Assembly: GCF_964194155.1 (NCBI RefSeq) | Contig: NC_135881.1 | Location: forward strand, 133,300,001-133,364,000 | Source of the DNA: Cetorhinus maximus | Lineage: Eukaryota | Reading direction: 5' to 3' | DNA: 64,000 nucleotides | In this document: positions 51,400-63,930 of the stretch, piece after piece | Layout of the letters: every line of letters begins with the position of its first letter | Position numbering within the stretch: the first letter of the stretch is position 1 | Notes under the pieces: generated by a model | What the model was told of the DNA's origin: nothing | What the model saw: the letters and a program-made list of their open reading frames with translations, nothing else | The model's database searches: none | Made by a program: the position numbers and the translations under genes

Positions 51400-51720
51400 C
51401 TTTTAAAAGAAAGAACCTTAATTTATATGACACCTTTCATGACTGCAGGTCATGCCAAAGCACTTTACAGCAAATGAAATACTTCTGAAGTGTACTCAGT
51501 GCTATAATGTAGGACACATGTCATTTAATTCGTACACAGCATGGCCCACAAACAGCCATGAGATAATAAGCAGATCATCTATTTCAGGTTTGGCCGAGGG
51601 ATAACTATTGGCCAGGACACTGGGAATAAGTCTCCAGCTCTTCTTTGAAAAATGTCATGTGACTTCCATTATTCATCTGAGAGGGTGGACAGGGTCTAGG
51701 TTTTCATCTTATCTTCGACA
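51400..51720 (-). mobile_element. DeuSINE-like (SacSINE1-type) SINE, 3' two-thirds
   Basis: Minus strand has the Deu-domain-like gtgtcctggccaata...tatccctc and gtgtcctacattatagcactgagtacacttcagaag, followed by an L2-like tail. Confidence 0.6.
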
Positions 51721-52043
51721 GGCTTCCCAAGTGTTCAAGGCATTAAAACCTACATAAGCATCACGGCTCCTCATAGCCACCCCATCTTCTACATGAACAC
51801 AAAGGATTTGCACACAGTTGCTGTTCTGATGATATTTGACCGCATTAAATGCACATCACTGACCATTATGCAGGAAGCAATATGACACTTGCAATACATG
51901 GCAGACCACAGATCTAGCATTTTTGGAAGGAAAAGATACACTTAGGGGATGGCTGTTAGGAGACTAGGGTTAACCTCTAAATCCATGGTGACTGCTTCAC
52001 TGAGAAGCTCCTGAAGAGGAAGAGCACTTTCGGCTAGAAATCA

Positions 52044-55000
52044 TTTTTCTTATTCATTCACGGGCTTCACTGGCTAGGCCAGCATTTATTGCCCATCCCT
52101 AGTTGCCCTTGAGAAGGTGATGGTGAGCTGCTTTCATGAACCGCTGCAGTCCATATGGTGTAGGTGCATCCACAGTGCTGCTAGGAAGGGAGTTGCAGGA
52201 TTTTGACTCAGCGACAGTGAAGGAACGGCGATATATTTCCAATTCAGATTGGTGAGTGGCTTGGAGGGAAAATTCCAGGTGGTGGTGTTCCCATCTATCT
52301 GCTGCCCTTGTCCTTCTAGATGGCAGTGGTTGCGGGTTTGGAAGGTGCTGTCTGAGGAGCCTTGGTGAATTCCTGCAGCGCATCTTGTAGATGGTACACA
52401 CTGCTGCCACTGTGCGTCCTTAGTTGAGGGAGTAAATGTTTGTGGATGTGGTGCCAATCAAGCGGGCTGCTTTGTCCTGGATGGTGTCAAGCTTCTTGAG
52501 TGTTGTGGGAGCTGCACTCATCCAGGCAAGTGGGGAGTATTCCATCACACTCCTCACTTGTGCCTTGTAGATGGTGGACAGGCTTTGGGGAGTCAGGAGG
52601 TGAGTTACTCATTGCACGATTCCTAGCCTCTGACCTGCTCTTGTAGCCACAGTATTTATATGGCTAGCCCAGTTCAGTTTCTGGTCAATGGTAACCCCCA
52701 GGATGTTGATAGTGGGGGATTCAGTGATGGTAATGCCATTGAACATCAAGGGGGGATGGTTAGATTCACTCTTGTTGGAGATGGTCATTGCCTGACACTT
52801 GTGTGGCGCGAGTGTTATTTGCCACTTGTAAGCTCAAGCCTGCATATTGCCCAGATCTTGTTGCATTTGGACATGGACTGCTTCAGTATCTGAGGAGTTG
52901 CAAATGGTGCTGAACATTGTGCAATCATCAGCAAACATCCCCACTTCTGACCTTATGATGGAAAGAAGGTCATTGATGAAGCAGCTAAAGATGGTTGGGT
53001 CGAGGACACTACCCTGAGGAACTCCTGCTGAGATGTACTGGATGTGAGATGACTGACCTCCAACAATCACAACCATCTTCCTTTGTGCTAGGTATGACAC
53101 CAACCAGCGGAGAGTTTTCCCCTTGACCCCATTGCCTCCAGTTTTGCTAGGGCTCCTTGATGCCACACTCGGTCAAATGCTGCATTGATGTCAAGGGCAG
53201 TCACTCTCACCTCACCTTGGGTGTCCAGCTCTTTTGTCCATGTTTGGACCAAGGCTGTAATGAGGTCAGGATCTGAGTGGCCCTGGTGGAACCCAAACTG
53301 GGCATCAGTGAGCAGGTTATTGTTAAGCAAGTGCCGCTTGATAGCACTGTTGATGATCCCTTCCATTACTTAACTGATGGTCAATAGTGGACTAACGGGG
53401 CGGTAAATGGTCGGGTTGGATTTGTCCTGCTTTTTATGAACAGGACATACCTGGGCAATTTTCCATATTTCCAGATAAATACCAGTGTTGTAGCTGTACT
53501 GGAACAGCTTGGCTAGGGGCGTATCAAGTTCTGGAGCACAAGTCTTCAGTACTATTGCTGGAATATTGTCAGGGCCCACAGCCTTTGCAGCATCCAGTAC
53601 CTTCAACTGCTTCCTGATATCACGTGGAGTGAATCGACTTAGCTGAAGACTGGCATCTGTGATGCTGGGGACATCCGGAGGAGGCCGAGATGGGTCATCC
53701 ACTCGGCACTTTAGCTGAAGATTTTAGTTATCTTTTGCACTGATGTGCTGGGCTCCTCCATCGTTGAGGATGGAGATATTTATGGAACCCCCCTCTCCAG
53801 TGGGTTGTTTAATTGTCCACAACCATTCACGAATGGATGTGGCAGGACTGCAGAGCTTAGATCTGATCTGTTGGTTCTGGGATCGCTTAGCTCTGTTTAT
53901 CACTTGCTACTAATGCTGTTAGGCTCGCAATTAGTCCTGTGTTATAGCTTCACCAGGTTGACACCTCATTTTTAGTTATGCCTGGTACTGCTCCTGACAT
54001 GCCCTCCTGCGCTTTTCATTGAACCAGGGCTGATCCCCTACTTGATGGTAGTGGTAGAGTGGGGGATATGCCAGGCCATGAGGTTACAGATTGTGTTCAA
54101 GTACAATTCTGCTGCTGCTGATGGCCCACAGCATCTCATGAATGCCCAGTCTTGAGTTACTAGATCTGTTCAAAATCAATCCCATTTAGCATGGTGGTAG
54201 TGCCACACAACACGATGGTGGGTATCCTCGAAGTGAAGGTGGGACTTCATCTCCACAATGACTGTGCGGTGGTTACTCCTTTCAATATGGTCATGGACAG
54301 ATGCATCTGCGGCAGGCAGGTTGGTGAGGATGAGGTCAAGCATGTTTTTCCCTCTTGTTTGTTCCCTCACCACCTGCTGCAGACCCAGTCTAGCAGTTAT
54401 GTCCTTTAGGACTTGGCCAGTTCGGTCAGTATTGGTGCTACCAAGCTACCCTTGGTGATAGACATTGAAGTCCCCCGCCAAGAGTACACTCTGCACCCTT
54501 GCCACCCTCAGTGCTTCCTCCAAGTGGTGTTCAACATGGAGGAGCACTGATTCATCAGCTGAGTGGGGGGATAGGTGGGGGGCGGTACTTAGTAATCAGC
54601 AGGAGGTTTCCTTGCCCATGTTTGGGCTGATGCCATGAGACTTCATGGGGTCCAAAGTGGATGTTGAGGACTCCCAGGGCAACTTCCTCAAAAATGTATA
54701 CCACCTGTGGTATACTGTGCCGCCACTTCTGCTGGGTCTGTCCTGCCAGTGGGACAGGACATACCCAGGGATGGTGCTGTTGGTGTTTGGGACATTATCT
54801 GTAAGATATGATTCCATGAGAATGACCATGTCAGGCTGTTGCTTGACTAGCCTGTGAGACAGTTCTCCCAATTTTGGCATTAGCCCCCAGATATTAGTAA
54901 GGAGGACTTTGCAGGGTCGACAGGGCTGCGATTTCCGTTGTCATTTCCAATGCCTAGCTCGATGCTGGTGGTCCATCGGGCTTTGTTTCTTTTTTGTGAC

Positions 55001-55306
55001 TTTGTAGCCATCTAATACAACTAAGTGGCTTGCTAGGCCATTTCAGAGGGCAGTTAAGAGTCAACCACATTGCTGTGGGTCTGGAGTCACATGCAGGCCT
55101 GACTAGGTAAGGACGACAGATTTCCTTCCCTAAAGGACATTAGTGAACCAGATGGGTTTTTACAACAATCGACAATGGTTTCATGGTCATCATTAATTCC
55201 AGGTTTTTATTGAATTCAAATTCTACCATCTGCCTTGGCAGGATTCAAACCTGGGTCCCCAGAACACATACTAGTCCAGTGACAATACCACTATGCCATT
55301 GCCTCC
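52044..55306 (-). mobile_element. Apparently full-length CR1-group non-LTR retrotransposon (single degenerate APE-RT ORF, tRNA-like 5' head)
   Basis: Endonuclease fragments KLGELSHRLVKQQPDMVILMES and LDLILTN...SNHRTV. RT fragments KAVGPDNIP, QFGF, ALDINAAFDRVWHQG, GVPQGSVL, MFADDC. Tail ends in (TGAA)n plus an A run. Confidence 0.9.
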
Positions 55307-56091
55307 TAAGCATCTGTAAGCATCTGTAGCTTTTCTTCAGCTGCCAGTTTTACCTACTAGAAAAGTATTCAGAACTGTGTGTAAAAGAGCTTCGCAGGAA
55401 ATAATGCCTTCCAGAAAGGGTGGGTATTTCCAACTCAGTTTTATGCCATGCTAGATGGATCTTGCAAAATAATGTGTGCAGCAGTGAAGAGTATACTTAT
55501 TGTCACCCTCCCCTGATATCAGCAAGCCTATTTCTAATTTTCAGCCAGGTATGAAGGACCTGGATTACTGCCTTGACTCAGTCAGTGATTTCTCACCATG
55601 TAGCTTTCACTTTTGCTTTTACTGGAGCAGGGCTTTTAATTCTAAATATGAATCCTTTGATGCATTTTCAACAGAGCAAACTCCAACCCTGCCACATCAA
55701 AGGAAACAATCTTGTCCAGATGTCTCCACTTTGCAGTGTGTGCAATTAGCTCACATTTCTGCCATTACTGCAAGTTACCTTTTAATGGTAAATTGGAATC
55801 CTTCAAGAGCTGCTGCCTAGGTAGATTTTACACTCTCAAGCCAAGTCTGCTAGCAGACAAACTCTCTTAACGTCTCTTTGCCCATTCAAATTAGGAGAAG
55901 GGAATCCCATCATAAAACTCTGCAAACGTGGGGCAGCATAATTCTATTTTTCTTTGAAAAATCAGGGCTCATGTTTAAAGTTAATGTATTACCATTACCT
56001 CCAAAAAGTAAAAGTAGGTGCACTCAGCACACTCAAGTGTTCTCTACAAATAGTTAAGCATTGTGTTTTCACATGCCTACAAAAATATAAT

Positions 56092-56874
56092 GACCCAGAT
56101 CTTCTGTTCTCCAGAGGATCGTATCCCAGGGGTACTCCAGAGATGCACTGGGGGACCCCTCAGAGGTCTCCATGCAAAGACTGCACAGGAATTGCCGGGG
56201 AAGTTTTAACTTCCGTTGGGCAATTACCCTCCACGTGGAACCCTTCGAAACTCCGATTTAAAGTCAGAGACATCGGATGATTCCAATTTTCTTACCAGAA
56301 TAGTTACCCAGGAAAAGTTAGAAGGATTAAAACCAGTTCTAAGTTCTGGGTAACTATACTATTGAGCACCCTACCCACCCCTCACCTGCCCCACTGGACC
56401 CCCCAACCCTCCTGATGTCCCTGATTGCCCCCCCAGCCCTGACCACACGACTAACCCCCACCCCCGACTAACCCCTGACCCTCCAACTAATCATCACCCA
56501 ATCATCCCATTCCTGATTACCCCCCAGCCCCTTGATTTCCCCCAAACCCCCGACACCCCAACCCACCCTAACCCCTTATTCACTTACCTTACACACTTAC
56601 CTCCCCTCTTAGCGTGTCAAAGTGGCACTTAAACAAAGGGACATTTAAACACACCGAAACATGGCAGTCAATACCGTATAAAGGGGGCATATCTTCGTTT
56701 CCCCTGATGCTTCTACACTGCACTGATATCCTCCAGGAGCAGCTATGCTCCACATTTCTCAGCAGGCCCAAGTCAGAAGCCCAGACAAGAAATGTGGAGT
56801 TCCAGTCCAAGGTAAGAAAATAGGAACGGAGTGGCAATCCGATGGTGATTGCCACTCCATGGAAGATTTGGCCC
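56092..56874. mobile_element. MITE with a 3-bp TSD (Harbinger-like) and a C-rich core
   Basis: Ends GACCCAGATCTTC / GAAGATTTGGCCC, flanked by AAT/AAT. Internal hairpin ggagtggcaatc-7nt-gattgccactcc at 56828-56858; low-complexity C-rich tract ~56370-56580. Confidence 0.55.
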
Positions 56875-56974
56875 AATGTGGGTTTGCTCAGTATATCTTA
56901 ATACGCCCATACATTACACCCTTGCAGTCAGTTACATAGGGGGAATTTTAACTTTTTGGTATTAGTGTATGGCT

Positions 56975-58889
56975 TCTCTTTCCTGCTTCCTCCACTCTCA
57001 CTCAACAAGTGCAAGGAGCACGTTGACTTCTTTGAACCAAAGATTAAGACCATCTATTCAGCTGCCTCTGCTACTTCCTTCCCTTCCCCAGCTACCAAGC
57101 TAAATTCACATAAGATCCCCCCTCTCCCTCAATCCTGACCTCACATGTTCTCTAATTTGTCTCATATCTCCCCTCATGCCCTCTCTGAGCCCATCTTGTG
57201 CATGGGACCATGCCCTCCTCAACCCCCACCCCCATCTTGCTCTCTCAAACCTATTCCCACCAAACTGCTGATCATTGAACTTCCTTTCCTGACACCCATT
57301 AACCAATGCTATCAATGGTTCCCTCTCCTCAGGTACTGCCACCCACTCCATCAATTCCTCCATCAACATCTCCTTCTCAAAAAAGCCATCCTGTTCTTGT
57401 AAATTTTTGTCCCATCTCCAACCTCCCTTCCCTTTTCTTTGGTCATGCTGTCGCCTTTCTAATCCATGACCATTTTTCCCACAACTTGAATCCTTCAGTC
57501 AGGTTTCCACCCCAACACTCCAATGACCCTTGTCAAAATTACAAATGGCATTCTACGTGACTGCGACTAGATCCCTTTTCATCCTTCCCAACCTGTCTAT
57601 GGCCTTTGATATGGTTGACCATACCATCCTCCTTCAATATCTCTCCTCCATTGTCCTACTGGATGGGGCTGTCCTTGCCTGTTACATTTTTATCTATCTA
57701 ATTGTTGCTAGAGAATTACCTGCAATGGATTTTCTTTCTGTGCCTGCTCTGGTACCTCTGGTTGTCCCAAAGCATCTATCTTTAGCTCTTTCTTATATCT
57801 CAGTCACATGCTGCCCCTTGGTGACCTCACTTGAAAACATAATGGCTGGGATTTCCCACCACGTGCGTGACGGGATCTGCCACAGGAGACTCGGCAGCCC
57901 AGCCAAAAGTCCATTGACTTTCGGCGGGACCATTTGATCCCGGCAGCCGGTATGGCTGGAAAATCCCGCCCAATGTCATGTTTCACAACACCCTGCTCTA
58001 CATCACCACCATGTCTCTCAGTCACTTTGACTTATTGCATTACATTTTTGATATCCAGTATTGGATGAGCACAAATTCAGTACAATTAAATATTGGGAAG
58101 CCATTGTCTTCAGTTCCCACCACAAATTCCATTACATTACTATTGACTCTATTTGCTCCCATAGCAACTGTCTGAGTCTGTTCCAGACTATCACAACCTT
58201 GGTGTCTTATTTGACACAAGTTGAGCTCTGTCCCCATATCCTCTCCATCAACAAGGCTGCATCCATCCAACTCCATAATCATGCCGGTCTCTAACCTGTT
58301 TCAGCTCATCTTCTCATCCATGCTCCTTTTTTACATATAGACTAGACTATATTTCATTGCTCTTCTGGGCACCTCCTTCCATGCACCCTCAATTAACTTG
58401 AGCTTGTTTATAACTGCTGCTCATATCCTTACTTGCACTAAGTTCCATTCACCCATCACCCCTGTGCTCACTGACTACATTGGTCTGGCAATACCTCAAT
58501 TTTCAAATTCCCATCCTTGTTTTCAAATACCAACATGGCCTCCCCGTCTCTTCCCTACCTCTGTAACCTCCTCCAGCCTGCAAGCCCTTCTTTGAATTCT
58601 GGCCACTTTTTCATCACTCCATCATTGACAGCTGAGCCTTCCAGTCTTCAGCTGCCTTGGTTCTAAGCTCTGGAATTCCATCCCTAAATCTCTCTCCCTC
58701 CCTATCTCTCTCTTCCTTTAAGACACTCCTCAAAATTGATATCTTTGGCCAAGTTTTTGGTCAATGTCTTAGTATCTCCTTATGTGGTTTGATGTCAATT
58801 TTTGTATGATAATTCTCCCATAAAGTGCCATGAGACACTATACTATATGAAAGATGATGTACAAATGTAATTTTCTTTTGTTGCTGTTG
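56975..58889 (+). mobile_element. Degenerate, 5'-truncated L2-clade LINE
   Basis: Remnants PISNLP, LSMAFDMVDHTILLQYL (LDLSAAFDTVDH motif), DIQYWMSTNSVQLNIGK and SPITPVLTD; L2-type 3' end finishing in (ttg)n. Confidence 0.8.
57844..57971. mobile_element. 128-bp MITE inserted in the L2 element
   Basis: GGCTGGGATTTCCC...GGAAAATCCCGCCC imperfect TIRs, AAT/AAT TSD; CpG-rich relative to the host L2. Confidence 0.7.
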
Positions 58890-59735
58890 GACGGACTAGT
58901 CAAACCCATCAGTGCCACAGTGGAACATAATATGATTAGTCCTCATGATAGCTGCCATGGAAGCTCAGATTGTGGCCACCTTAGCTTTGGGGGATAGTGT
59001 TGAAAGGGGCTTCCAGGATACCACTCCTGTTCTCCAGTAATACCCCAAGAGTGCTGAGGTGCCATTCCAAGAGAATGGCCTTGCTTCCGATGTAGAGGCT
59101 CATGAAGATCTTTCTCAGAACAAATGCATGTCTACTTCCCCATCAGGCACTCCACCAATGACCTTGAATTGCAGGTAGCCAGCCAGCCCAGACACCTGCA
59201 AATCACACCAAGGCGCTGCATTCTTCAGCTGGTCTCCTCTAGGTCCAAAGCTGCTCGAGATGGCCTCCAAGACCACTTGGTGTCCTCAATAGAAGCTTAA
59301 CAGCCTTCCATCTACTAAACTGCAGCCACAGGGAAGGCATCATATTGGAGCACTAGCATAAGGAAAAAGCTTGCTAATCAGACATTAAAGGTGTCCAAAA
59401 GAGTAATTGGCTATTTTTTTTGCCAAATTCTGACACGATTTGTTTGATAAATTTGTATTTTGATTGAGATTTGATGGTGGCTTTTGACGTTGCTGTGAAG
59501 TAAAGGAAAGCAATCAGATGCTGGTTATAAAGATTGTGACACTGTCGTATAAAGAAGAATGGGAGTGTGAATTTAGTTTAAACATGCCTCAATGAGCTTG
59601 CCAGGTAGAGCATGTGGTGGGCTCTTGTTGTAACTGCCCCTCCCCCACTTCTCTTCCCTCTCCTTCTCCTCCTCCCTCTTCCTATTCATATTCCTCTACT
59701 TGTTGCTGCACAGTTGGTCATAGAGGTTGGCCCCC

Positions 59736-61296
59736 TTTTTTTTATTCATTCATGGGATGTGAGTGTCGCTGGCTGGACCAGCATTTATTATTCATCCATA
59801 ATTGCCCTTGAGAAGATGGTGGTGAGCTGCCTTCTTGAACTGCTGCAGTCCAAGTGGTGTAGGAACACCCAAAGTGCTGTTAGGGAGGGAGTTCCAGGAT
59901 TTTAACCCAGCGACAGTGAAGGATCAGCAATATGTTTCCAAGTCAGGATGGTCAATGGCTTAGAGGGGAACTTCCAGGTGGTAGTGTTCCCATGTATTTA
60001 CTGCCCTTGTTCTTCTAGATGGTAGTGATCGTGGGTTTGGAAGATGCTGTCTAAGCAGGCTTGGTGAGTTCCTGCAGCGCATCTTGGAGCTGGTATGCAC
60101 TGCTCCCACTATGCGCCGGTGGTGGAGGGAGTGAATGCTTGTGGAAAGCATGCCAATCAAGTGGGCTGCTTTGTCCTGGATAGTGTTGAGCTTCTTGAGT
60201 GTTGTTGGAGCTGCGCTCATCGAAGTAAGCAGGGAGTATTCCATCACACTCCTGACTTGTGCCTTGTAGATAGTGGACAGGCTTTGGGCAGTCAGGCAGT
60301 GAGCTACTCGCTGCAGGATTCCGAGCCTCTAACCTGCTTTCGTAGTCACAGTATTTATATGGCTTGTCCAGTTCAATTTCTGGTCAATGGTAGTCCCCAG
60401 GATGTTGATTGTGGGGAAATTCAGTGATGATAATGCCATTGAATGTCAAGGGGCGATAGTTAAGTTCTTTCTAGTTGAAGGTCATTGCCTAGCACTTGTG
60501 TGGTGCAAATGCTACTTGCCATTTGCCAGCCCAAGCCTGGATATTGGCCAGGTCTTGCTGCATTTGGACATAGACTGCTTCAGTGTCTGAGGAATTGCAA
60601 ATGGTGCTGAACATTGTGCAATCATCAGCGAACATCCTCACTTCTGACCTTATAATGGAAGGAAGGTCATTGACGAAGCAGTTGAAGATGGTTGGGCCGA
60701 GGACACTACCCTGAGGAACTCCTGCACTGATGTCCTGGAATTGAGATGATGGACCACCAAGAACCACAACTGTCTTCCTTTGTGCTAGGTATGATTGCAA
60801 TCAACAGAGAGTTTCCCCCTAATTCACATTTACCCCAGTTTTGCTCAGACTCCTTGATGCCACACTCGGTATAATCCTGCCTTGATGTCAACAGCAGCCA
60901 CTTGCACCTCGCCTCTGGAGTTCAGCTCTTTTGTCCTTTTTTATTTATTCATGGAATGTGGGCGTCGCGGGCTAGGCCAGCATTTATTGCCCATCCATAA
61001 TTGCCCTTGAGAAGGTGGTGGTGAGCTGCCTCCTTGAACCATTGCAGCTCATGTTTGAACCAAGGCTAAAATGAGGCCAGGAACTGAGTGGTCCTGGCTG
61101 AACCCAAACTGACCATCAGTGAGCAGGTTAATGATGACCCCTTCCTTTACGTTACTGGTGATGGAGCGTAGACTGATGGGACAGTGATTGGTCGGGTTGG
61201 ATTTGTCCTGCTTTTTGTGTACAGGACATACCTGGGCAAACATATTGCCGGGTAGATGCCAGTGTTGTAGCTGTACTGTAGCAGCTTGCCTAGGGG
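59736..61296 (-). mobile_element. Second, 5'-truncated copy of the CR1-group LINE
   Basis: Collinear with ~52044-53520: GVPQGSVLGPTIFNCFVNDLPSIIRSEVRMFADDC and the same 3' tail. Confidence 0.9.
60937..61049 (-). mobile_element. ~113-bp 3' tail of the same LINE family nested inside the second copy
   Basis: Interrupts ttttgtcc|atgtttg, which is continuous in the first copy at ~53232-53246, and repeats the tail gctaggccagcatttattgcccatcc. Confidence 0.85.
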
Positions 61297-61384
61297 TCAC
61301 AAAGTAACTTTCAACTGATAGAGAAACCAGGCTGGGGATGGGGAATATGAAAGAAAAAAAAGAAAGGCATGCATTTATAAAGTG

Positions 61385-62401
61385 CAGCTGTTTCCAAACT
61401 GTGGGTCATGACTTCAACTGGAGTTGCAGAAACAGCAATTGGAGTTGTGAACTTCCCATCCTCCAAGACTTCATCCTGTACTGAGGCCCAAGCAGCTTCT
61501 GGCCAAGTCCTTGCCTTGCTTGTTTTGTCTTCTCAAGACTATTTAAAAATGTCGCTTGCATGGTCACGGCCGCACACGGGCTTGGCTCTCACATCCGCCA
61601 TACCTCCCTACTGGCCACCACCTGCTGGCCAACCTGTGTTTGTTGAGGGGGAGGGGCTAATTACAATGTGTGTAGGGGGTAGAGGAGAGAGGCTGAATAC
61701 AGTGTATATATGTGGGGTGTGGAGAGGGGTTGATTGCAGTGTTTGTGTGTTTCTGTGTGGTGGGGAGGTAGGAAAAGAGCATCACTGAGTCTTATCACCG
61801 GGGAAGGTGCAGATCTTGGCTGAAACCTCAAGAGCCAGTGACTGCCAGACATTATGTTCTATGCATGTACAGAAACACTCCACTTTCCCCTTCCATTTTT
61901 AAGTAAGTTACTTACCTTGTGAATTAAATCCATTTTATTTTAAAACTGCAGTGTTTATACCAGAATCCAAAGTGAAACAGCAGCCTCAGGGACTATAAAT
62001 ATTATCTTGTGTTATTTGAAATCCTCAGTAGAAAATTAAAAGTTTATTTGACTCATCTCATGTTAAAATCAATGATCCCAGATGGTCTTTAGGGAACTTT
62101 GGTGGATTCGGCTATAGATCAGTAATGCTGAACATCAATAATATCCACTACTTGCTGGCCAAGATCCATGAGCTGGAGTGGCTCAGAAGAAGTAATGGAC
62201 TGGTGAGTGCTTAAAATAATAACATTTTTCAATGTAATTTAGAAAGATTTTCATTTTTATATGACATATCATATGTTGATCTATAATATGCAAACTTTAA
62301 TAAAATGCTGAATATTACTATGCTACTTTATTGCTGGTTTGCTTTCATTAAGTTTCAGGTATTAAATGGGGTCACATTGGAAACTTGTTTGGGAAGCACT
62401 G
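61385..62401. mobile_element. Non-autonomous hAT-like (Charlie/MER5-type ends) element inserted in a SINE tail
   Basis: CAGCTGTTTCCAAAC...GTTTGGGAAGCACTG termini; diverged 8-bp TSD ataaagtg/atgtaatg. The flanks rejoin into the DeuSINE-like 3' tail. Confidence 0.55.
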
Positions 62402-62830
62402 ATGTAATGCTTTTCACGTTCACCAGCATCTCAAACTGCTCTACAATGATGTACTTTTTAAAATGTAGTCGCTGTTGTAATGTAGGAAACAAATCAGCCA
62501 ACTTGCACTCAGCAAACTCCCACACAATCAATATGATAATGACCAGATGATCTGTTCTTTTGTGGTGTTGACTGAGGGATAAATATTGGCCAAGATACCA
62601 GGGTTAAATCCCCTGCTATTTTTCAGGTAGGGCCATGGGATCTTTTGCATGCACCAAAGCAGGTGGACAAGGCCTTGGTTTAACATCTTATCCAAAATAC
62701 AGTGTCGACAACAGTGATGTGATCCCTTAATGTTGCAGCCTTGAGTTTTGTGTAGAAGAACAAGAGTGGGACTTGAACCTGGAACCTTATGTTTCAAAGG
62801 CAAGTGGGTTACCAGCTGAGACATGGCTGA
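62402..62830 (-). mobile_element. DeuSINE-like (SacSINE1-type) SINE with tRNA-like head
   Basis: B box GGTTCAAGTCC on the minus strand (~62769-62779); Deu-like core cttggccaatatttatccctcagtcaacaccac. Its extreme 3' tail is at ~61355-61384. Confidence 0.65.
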
Positions 62831-63829
62831 TACTTGAATATGCAATACAACATGCGTGTTGTCATTGGCACCCTGCACTCTGAGGAAGCCAGCCATGAAC
62901 AGAAAACCGTGTATTCACCTTGCTTGTACATTGGTGTACTGAGAAATGTGAGATATTGCTGATGTCACATGTTGCAGCTTGAAAGGAGTCCATGACATAA
63001 ATGCTGAGGGTCACGGTGACCTTGACAGCACAGGCAGTACTGCCCACACCTTGGTTTGAATAAAGATTTGTGGTTGCAGCAGATAGCAAAGTTCAGTGAC
63101 AGCCTCCTTGGTGAAGAAAAGCCCTTCCTACATTGATCCTCAATAAAGCTGATAGAGGATAATTGCTCCCTGAAGACCCTCTGTGGATATAGCTTCCTCT
63201 TCAGTGACCTTCTTCTGCTTCCCCTGCAATGTGTTGTCTTCTATGCTAGTCTCTCTTTTCCTCCAGCCTCAAAGGCAATTCTATGACACCATCCAAGTGT
63301 ACAACCAAACCATTTGTGAATCAAAGAGAAACAAAACCTCCCTGTGCAAATAGTGAACTTTCCAGGGTGATACAATGCAACGAGAAAAGTCTACAAGACA
63401 CGCAGTGGCCAGAAATAACAAAGCACAAACTAATCTGTAAGCACAGCATGACCTGTAAATGTAACTGTTAAAGGGCCTTCCTGCAGATTAGAGCCATGAT
63501 GTGCTGTGCATGTTCAGCATATGGTCAGTAAAGTGCTGGGGTGGTGCAAGTTAGAAATCAAGGTCCTGCAAGAGTCATAGGACCCAATTTAAGTGTATCA
63601 TTCTCAACTCAGAATGCTGGCGTGGCAGTGCATCCTATCGCAATGCAACCTCCCATACAATAGGGTATGCGCGACACCTCCAGCTAGAAGTCTCCATGCA
63701 TCTCCTAACATCCATACTAGGTATTTAGCAGGCTGCTTACCAACCAAAGATAAAAACAGGCACTACATGGCCAAATTTCTAGGTCTACAATTTTCAGTAA
63801 AATTGAATCCATTTGTTCTGAATAACAGT

Positions 63830-63930
63830 CTATTTTCTCTCTCCACAGACGACGAATAACCTGTTATGGTTTTCCAGTTTTTTCTGTTGTTGTTTCAGAT
63901 TTCCAGCATCTGCAGTATTTTGATTTTACT
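63830..63930. repeat. Diverged copy of the short shark repeat seen at 42905-43007
   Basis: ttctctctccacagac...ttttccagttttttctgttgttgtttcagatttccagcatctgcagtattttg. Confidence 0.5.

Noticed and set aside
55230-55306. tRNA-like A/B boxes as a real tRNA gene
   Set aside because: No intact cloverleaf; it is the head of a retroelement with related degenerate copies in the window.
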